A stretch of DNA of 64,000 bases from Chloroflexota bacterium (GTDB lineage: Bacteria > Chloroflexota > Dehalococcoidia > SM23-28-2 > RBG-16-64-32): positions 2,549 to 66,548 of the forward strand of contig JBBISJ010000010.1 of NCBI GenBank assembly GCA_037441345.1, written 5' to 3'. The position numbers and the translations under genes were made by a program. Shown piece after piece: positions 59,616-64,000 of this stretch (position 1 is its first letter; every line of letters begins with the position of its first letter). The notes below the pieces were generated by a model. That model was given only the letters and a program-made list of their open reading frames with translations. It had not been told where the DNA came from and ran no database searches.

Positions 59616-60332
59616 CTAGCTCCAGGCCATCCGGCGGAACGACTCCGCCAGCTTCATCCCATGCTCCCGGCCGGCTTCTTCCATGCGGGCCCGCAAGCGC
59701 TTGCGCAGCTCGGCGATGGGGGCTGTGCCGATCTGGCTCCTGTGCTTCTTCAGTGCGGCGATCTTCGTCTTGAAGGCGTCCTCGGGGATTTCGATGTAGT
59801 GGTCGGGGTTCTCCGCGCCGGCGAGGAGCAGCTCCATCACCCGGTGCGGCTCCAGTCCCTCCCGGATGTGCTCAGGGTAGGCCAGGGGGTCGCGCGAGAG
59901 CGGGAAGACGGCGTCGACGGCGGACTGGCCGGTGAGCCGGTGGTCGCGGTGCGTGAACGTGGTGCGGAACGGATTCCAGGTGATGACTGTGTGTGGCTTC
60001 AGGCGCCGCAGCTCATGGACGATCCGCCCGCGCATCTCGGCCGTGTCCTCGACAAAGCCGTCCGGGTAGCGCAGCAGGACCAGCTCCTTTACCCCCAGCA
60101 CGTCGCAGGCGCCCCGCTGCTCCTTCTCCCTGATCTTGCCCAGCCGCTCCCGCGTCATCTCCGGGTCCTTGCTGCCCATATCGCCGCTCGTGGTCAGCAG
60201 GTAATTGACCTCCCAGCCTTCGGCTACCCACTTGGCGACAGTGCCACCGCACAGGAATTCGGCGTCGTCCGGGTGGGCGACGATGACCAGGGCCGTTTTC
60301 GGGTGTTCGTGCTGAGCGTCGAAATGGGTCAT
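59616..60332 (-). CDS. PIG-L/LmbE family deacetylase
   Basis: AHPDDAE, TSGDMG, HRDH, KIAAL..H.SQ, AESF. Start at ATG 60332. Confidence 0.92.
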   Translation of the reverse strand: MTHFDAQHEHPKTALVIVAHPDDAEFLCGGTVAKWVAEGWEVNYLLTTSGDMGSKDPEMTRERLGKIREKEQRGACDVLGVKELVLLRYPDGFVEDTAEMRGRIVHELRRLKPHTVITWNPFRTTFTHRDHRLTGQSAVDAVFPLSRDPLAYPEHIREGLEPHRVMELLLAGAENPDHYIEIPEDAFKTKIAALKKHRSQIGTAPIAELRKRLRARMEEAGREHGMKLAESFRRMAWS

Positions 60333-60396
60333 GGGGGACAGTTTACGGGAACGGGGAGAAGTGCGGCTATTTGGTAATATGACCAACGGAGACTCC

Positions 60397-61614
60397 ATGC
60401 CCCTTCCGCGACAAGTCAGACAGTTCTACTACATCACGCACATGCAGAACCTTCGCTCGATCATGCAGCGAGGCGTCCTGTCTCATCGGAATATCGAATC
60501 CCAGAATATTCCGTTCAAACCCATCTACAATTCTCAAATCGTATCCAACCGCCGTAATCGGACAACTCCTGCGGGGAAGAGCCTCTGGGAGTACGCGAAC
60601 CTTTATTTCCAACCACGCAACGCGATGCTGTTCCAAGTGACACGTACCGTCGGTCCGAGCGAAGTAGCCGTTTTGGCGATCAGTCAGGACATTATGGCGC
60701 AGCCTGGGTCGTTCATCTCGATGGGCAACGCAGCCAGCATGGACTCCGAGATCGTCCCCAGTGGCCATGCAAAGGTGGCTATCAAGGAAATCAGTAAATG
60801 GATCGACAACGAATGGTGGACCGAGGAGGTTGGGCTAAAGCGGAAAATGATGGCGGAACTGCTAGTTCCGTCCGAGGTTGCTGCGGAACACATTCTCTCC
60901 ATCTACGTAGCGACCGACGCCGCACGGGCGGAAGCTCAAACGCTCTTGACGAACGCTGGGGCCTCTAAGACTCCGGTGATACTTGCCCCCGAGATATTCT
61001 TCCTCCCCGCCCGTGTCGAGGTCCTGACCGACCTGCTCTCAGTTGCCGAAGGGGATATGTTCTTCTCTACTATGCAGACCCTCACCATCAGCGTGAACAC
61101 AGTCGGTGTGATGGGAAAGGGACTCGCTTCGCGAGCTAAGTATCAGTTCCCCGACGTCTATGTCCGCTACCAGGATGTATGTCGCGCGAAGAAACTTCGC
61201 ATGGGTCAACCCTACCTGTACAAACGCGAGAGTTCGCTCGATTACCAATTGGCGGTGGAACCCGAAAAATTGCCCAATGGCAACGGAGCGACGTGGTTTC
61301 TGCTATTCGCGACGAAGAGACATTGGCGCGAAGATTCGGACATAGCGGGTATCGAAGAAGGTCTCAACTGGGTGCTGAACAATTACCAGGCCGAGGGGAT
61401 AAAATCCCTTGCCATGCCAGCGCTAGGTTGTGGGCTGGGTAGACTCAAATGGGAGGATGTTGGTCCGTTGATGTGCTCATACCTGTCGCGCATGGAGATC
61501 CCGACTCGAATATATCTGCCTGCTGAAAAGAAGGCCACACAGGAACACATGTCGCCGGAGTTCCTTTTGGCACGTTCGGCTCACAACACGACGACAGAAC
61601 GTCTCGGTGCCTAG
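60397..61614 (+). CDS. DarT-type ssDNA ADP-ribosyltransferase (DUF4433) fused to a DarG-type macrodomain
   Basis: N-terminal: YYITH..NL.SI...GVLS, ANLYFQPRNAML, GNAA, KRKMMAELLV. C-terminal: GDMF, VNTVGVMGKGLA, FATKRHW, MPALGCGLG.L.W. Confidence 0.9.
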   Translation: MPLPRQVRQFYYITHMQNLRSIMQRGVLSHRNIESQNIPFKPIYNSQIVSNRRNRTTPAGKSLWEYANLYFQPRNAMLFQVTRTVGPSEVAVLAISQDIMAQPGSFISMGNAASMDSEIVPSGHAKVAIKEISKWIDNEWWTEEVGLKRKMMAELLVPSEVAAEHILSIYVATDAARAEAQTLLTNAGASKTPVILAPEIFFLPARVEVLTDLLSVAEGDMFFSTMQTLTISVNTVGVMGKGLASRAKYQFPDVYVRYQDVCRAKKLRMGQPYLYKRESSLDYQLAVEPEKLPNGNGATWFLLFATKRHWREDSDIAGIEEGLNWVLNNYQAEGIKSLAMPALGCGLGRLKWEDVGPLMCSYLSRMEIPTRIYLPAEKKATQEHMSPEFLLARSAHNTTTERLGA

Positions 61615-61641
61615 CTCGTCCCTCTGCAAATGGGGGAGGCC

Positions 61642-62877
61642 TTACGCCACGTGTGCGCCGACCGCCACGCCGCGATAGACCGAGACCAGGTCGTGATAGA
61701 CCGTTTCCACCTGCGCGGCGATCTCCGGCCAGCGGAATCGCTCGGCGGCGGCGCGGGCTTCGCGGCCGAGAGTGCGCCGCAGCGACTCGTTGGTCAGGAG
61801 GAGGTCCAGGCGCTCCGCGAAAGGCTCCGGGCAGCGCCACGGCACGAGGTAGCCGGTGCGTCCGTCCTGCACGGTCTCCTTGAGGCCGCCCACGCGCGAG
61901 GCCACGACCGGCACGCCGCAGGCCATGGCTTCCAGGGCGACCAGGCCGAAGCTCTCGTAGTACGACGGGACAACGCAAACGTCGGCGGCGTTGTAGACTC
62001 CGGGCAGCTCAGAATGCGGCACAGCGTCCGCGAACACGACATTGCCGGCAACGCCGATTTCGCGAGCGAGCTTCTGCAGGTCACGTTTGCGGCGCAGGTC
62101 CTTGGCATCGCCGCCGACGACGAGCAACTGGAAGCGGCCCTCCAGGTGCGCCGACGCCCGTATGACGACATCGATCCCCTTGAGCGGCTCGATTCGGCCG
62201 ACGAAGAGCAGCACCGGGATGTCCGGGTCGAGACCCATCAGTTCCTTCGCGCGCCGCCCATCCATCGGCCGGAAATTCAGGGTGTCCACGCCGCAGGGGA
62301 CGATGGAGACGCGGGACGCCGGAACCCCGTACAGCTCACGGAGAAGATCGCGCTCGCCCTCTCCCGCGCAGATGATTCGGTCCGCTCTCTGGGCGACAGC
62401 TCGCTCACCGGCGATGCGGTACCGGGGCTCGCGCTCGCCCGGGTGGTGCCTGTTCTTCGCCTCCGCCAGGGTGTGGAACATGACGACGTGAGGGGCGTCC
62501 CAGCATTCGGCCAGGGTCTGGCCGACCCAACCCGACATCCAGTAGTGGCCGTGGACGAGGTCGTAGCGGCGCGGTGCGAGATCGCGTTCCGCAAAGGCCA
62601 TCACGCCCTGCCGGAACGTCTCCATGTGCCTTCGCAGGGCCCGCTTGTCGGCGGCGAAGGGACCAGCCTCAACCTGGACCACGCGCGTACTGCTGCCGAT
62701 CAGGGTGGCTTCCGGAGTGTCCGCGTCCGTCCGCCGGGTGAAGATGTCGATCGTGTGCCCGCGTCTCTCGAGTTCGCGGCTGAGCTCGCGGACGTAGACG
62801 TTCAGGCCGCCGCTGTCCCGGGTGCCGGGCAGGGCGAGGGGCGAAGTGTGATAGGTAACGACGGCGATGTTACACAT
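61642..62877 (-). CDS. GT4 glycosyltransferase, MshA-like
   Basis: [61 protein letters not shown]. Confidence 0.9.
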   Translation of the reverse strand: MCNIAVVTYHTSPLALPGTRDSGGLNVYVRELSRELERRGHTIDIFTRRTDADTPEATLIGSSTRVVQVEAGPFAADKRALRRHMETFRQGVMAFAERDLAPRRYDLVHGHYWMSGWVGQTLAECWDAPHVVMFHTLAEAKNRHHPGEREPRYRIAGERAVAQRADRIICAGEGERDLLRELYGVPASRVSIVPCGVDTLNFRPMDGRRAKELMGLDPDIPVLLFVGRIEPLKGIDVVIRASAHLEGRFQLLVVGGDAKDLRRKRDLQKLAREIGVAGNVVFADAVPHSELPGVYNAADVCVVPSYYESFGLVALEAMACGVPVVASRVGGLKETVQDGRTGYLVPWRCPEPFAERLDLLLTNESLRRTLGREARAAAERFRWPEIAAQVETVYHDLVSVYRGVAVGAHVA

Positions 62878-62927
62878 TGGGGCGTATTGCGAATAATACT
62901 ACGGCGGCCCGGCCGGTATAGATGGGT

Positions 62928-63911
62928 TCATGGCGCTCTCCTGATGGTCACGCGGTGTACGGCGATGTCACGGGCGCCAAGCTCGTACTTGTAGCGCTCG
63001 TGCCCGCGGAGGAAATCGAAGCGTGTCTTGCCCTGCTCGATGGCGCGCTGGAGCGCCAGCACCTTTGACAGCAGCCCGACGGAGAGGGCCGAGTAGGCCG
63101 GGTCGTAGCCGCTGTTGTAGAGCAGCGTTTCGCCGTCCGCATGGAGGCAAACCACCGCGGCGGTGCGAATGCCAGCGAGGCGAAGGAAGACCAGCTCCGC
63201 GAGCCCACCCCCGGCGAGCGACGGGACGAGATTCCGAAAGAACGACTCCATCTCCGTGGTCATGAATGCCGCTTTGTCCGCGCGGGACTCGCGCAGCATC
63301 CAGAAGAACGTCTCCATCCCGACCGTGACGTCCAAAGGCGAAGCCAGGATCTCCAGCTCTACCGTGCCGGCCTGGAGCAGCTTTCGCAGCTTGCGCTTCA
63401 ATTCGTGGCGATGCTTCCTGTCGAGTGAAGCGAGATGTGACTCCCAGTCCGTGGGCAAGTCAACCTGCGGGCAGACATCCTCTACATCCACGGCGCAGGA
63501 ATACCCGAACTCTGCGGACACCGCTGCGAGCGCAGTCAGCGAAGGGGAGTCCTCGCGCATCGCCCAGAGACGGAGGTCGTCCCAGGGTTCCTCGCTGAGC
63601 GCCCGGAAGAGCGCGCCCATCATCTCTGCTTCGCGCCCGGCGGCGCAGGTGAAATCCATGTAGTCGCAGACCTTCGTGTTACCGGCGAAAGTGAGTGTGC
63701 CCCTCTCTCGCATCATGGGTGCGACGCCGATCAGGCGTCCTTCATCCCGGGCGCTCAGCAACATCAGCTCGCGGCCGGCTCCGAACGTCTGCCACCAGGA
63801 GCGCAGCCACAGCGGCGACAGGAAGACGCGGCTGTTGGCACAAGACGGGAGGAGGTCGCGCCACTCCTGCTCGAGCGACGTAAGGTCTTCCCGCTGGACG
63901 ACGATGCTCAT
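62928..63911 (-). CDS. GNAT family acetyltransferase (CelD/BcsL-like)
   Basis: FLSPLWL..WW, DYMD, YNSGYDP...SVG, FDFLRGHERYK. Confidence 0.88.
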   Translation of the reverse strand: MSIVVQREDLTSLEQEWRDLLPSCANSRVFLSPLWLRSWWQTFGAGRELMLLSARDEGRLIGVAPMMRERGTLTFAGNTKVCDYMDFTCAAGREAEMMGALFRALSEEPWDDLRLWAMREDSPSLTALAAVSAEFGYSCAVDVEDVCPQVDLPTDWESHLASLDRKHRHELKRKLRKLLQAGTVELEILASPLDVTVGMETFFWMLRESRADKAAFMTTEMESFFRNLVPSLAGGGLAELVFLRLAGIRTAAVVCLHADGETLLYNSGYDPAYSALSVGLLSKVLALQRAIEQGKTRFDFLRGHERYKYELGARDIAVHRVTIRRAP

Positions 63912-64000
63912 CTGGAATTGCGAGCTACTTTACGGCGGGCCTGCGGCGGCGGTCTGTGCGGTAGATCACGGTTCTTCCTACTTGCCGTGGACGAGCGACA

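Overview
High-GC bacterial chromosome segment, most likely Chloroflexota, class Dehalococcoidia. This is inferred from the dnaA-obgE-nadD-gyrB neighbourhood and Chloroflexi-type hypotheticals. It spans the probable replication origin (degenerate DnaA boxes between dnaA and obgE) and housekeeping genes (acs, asd, gyrB, coaX, coaBC, sucC, mgtE, trpA, aroH, aroF, tsaD, hpf, lgt, murT/gatD, System II cytochrome c biogenesis genes, three tRNAs). A 12.5-kb sulfur block on the minus strand has three parts. First, a SAM-I riboswitch-controlled thrC-like/NIL/SnoaL/MoaD operon, probably making homocysteine rather than threonine. Second, sir-cysH-sat plus an SLC34-like transporter with altered signature motifs. 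Third, an Rrf2 regulator followed by cysK, a MoaD-MoeB fusion, cysO, cysM and mec. Two matching IscR-type operators link the last two parts. The most unusual accessory gene is a single-ORF fusion of a DarT-type DNA ADP-ribosyltransferase with a DarG-type macrodomain (60397-61614). Many genes look leaderless (-10 box 6-8 nt before the start codon). The intergenic DNA carries GTAG-type REPs and an 8-nt-periodic hairpin repeat family. No CRISPR array, rRNA, integrase or transposase was seen. All calls are by motif recognition only; no database searches were run.
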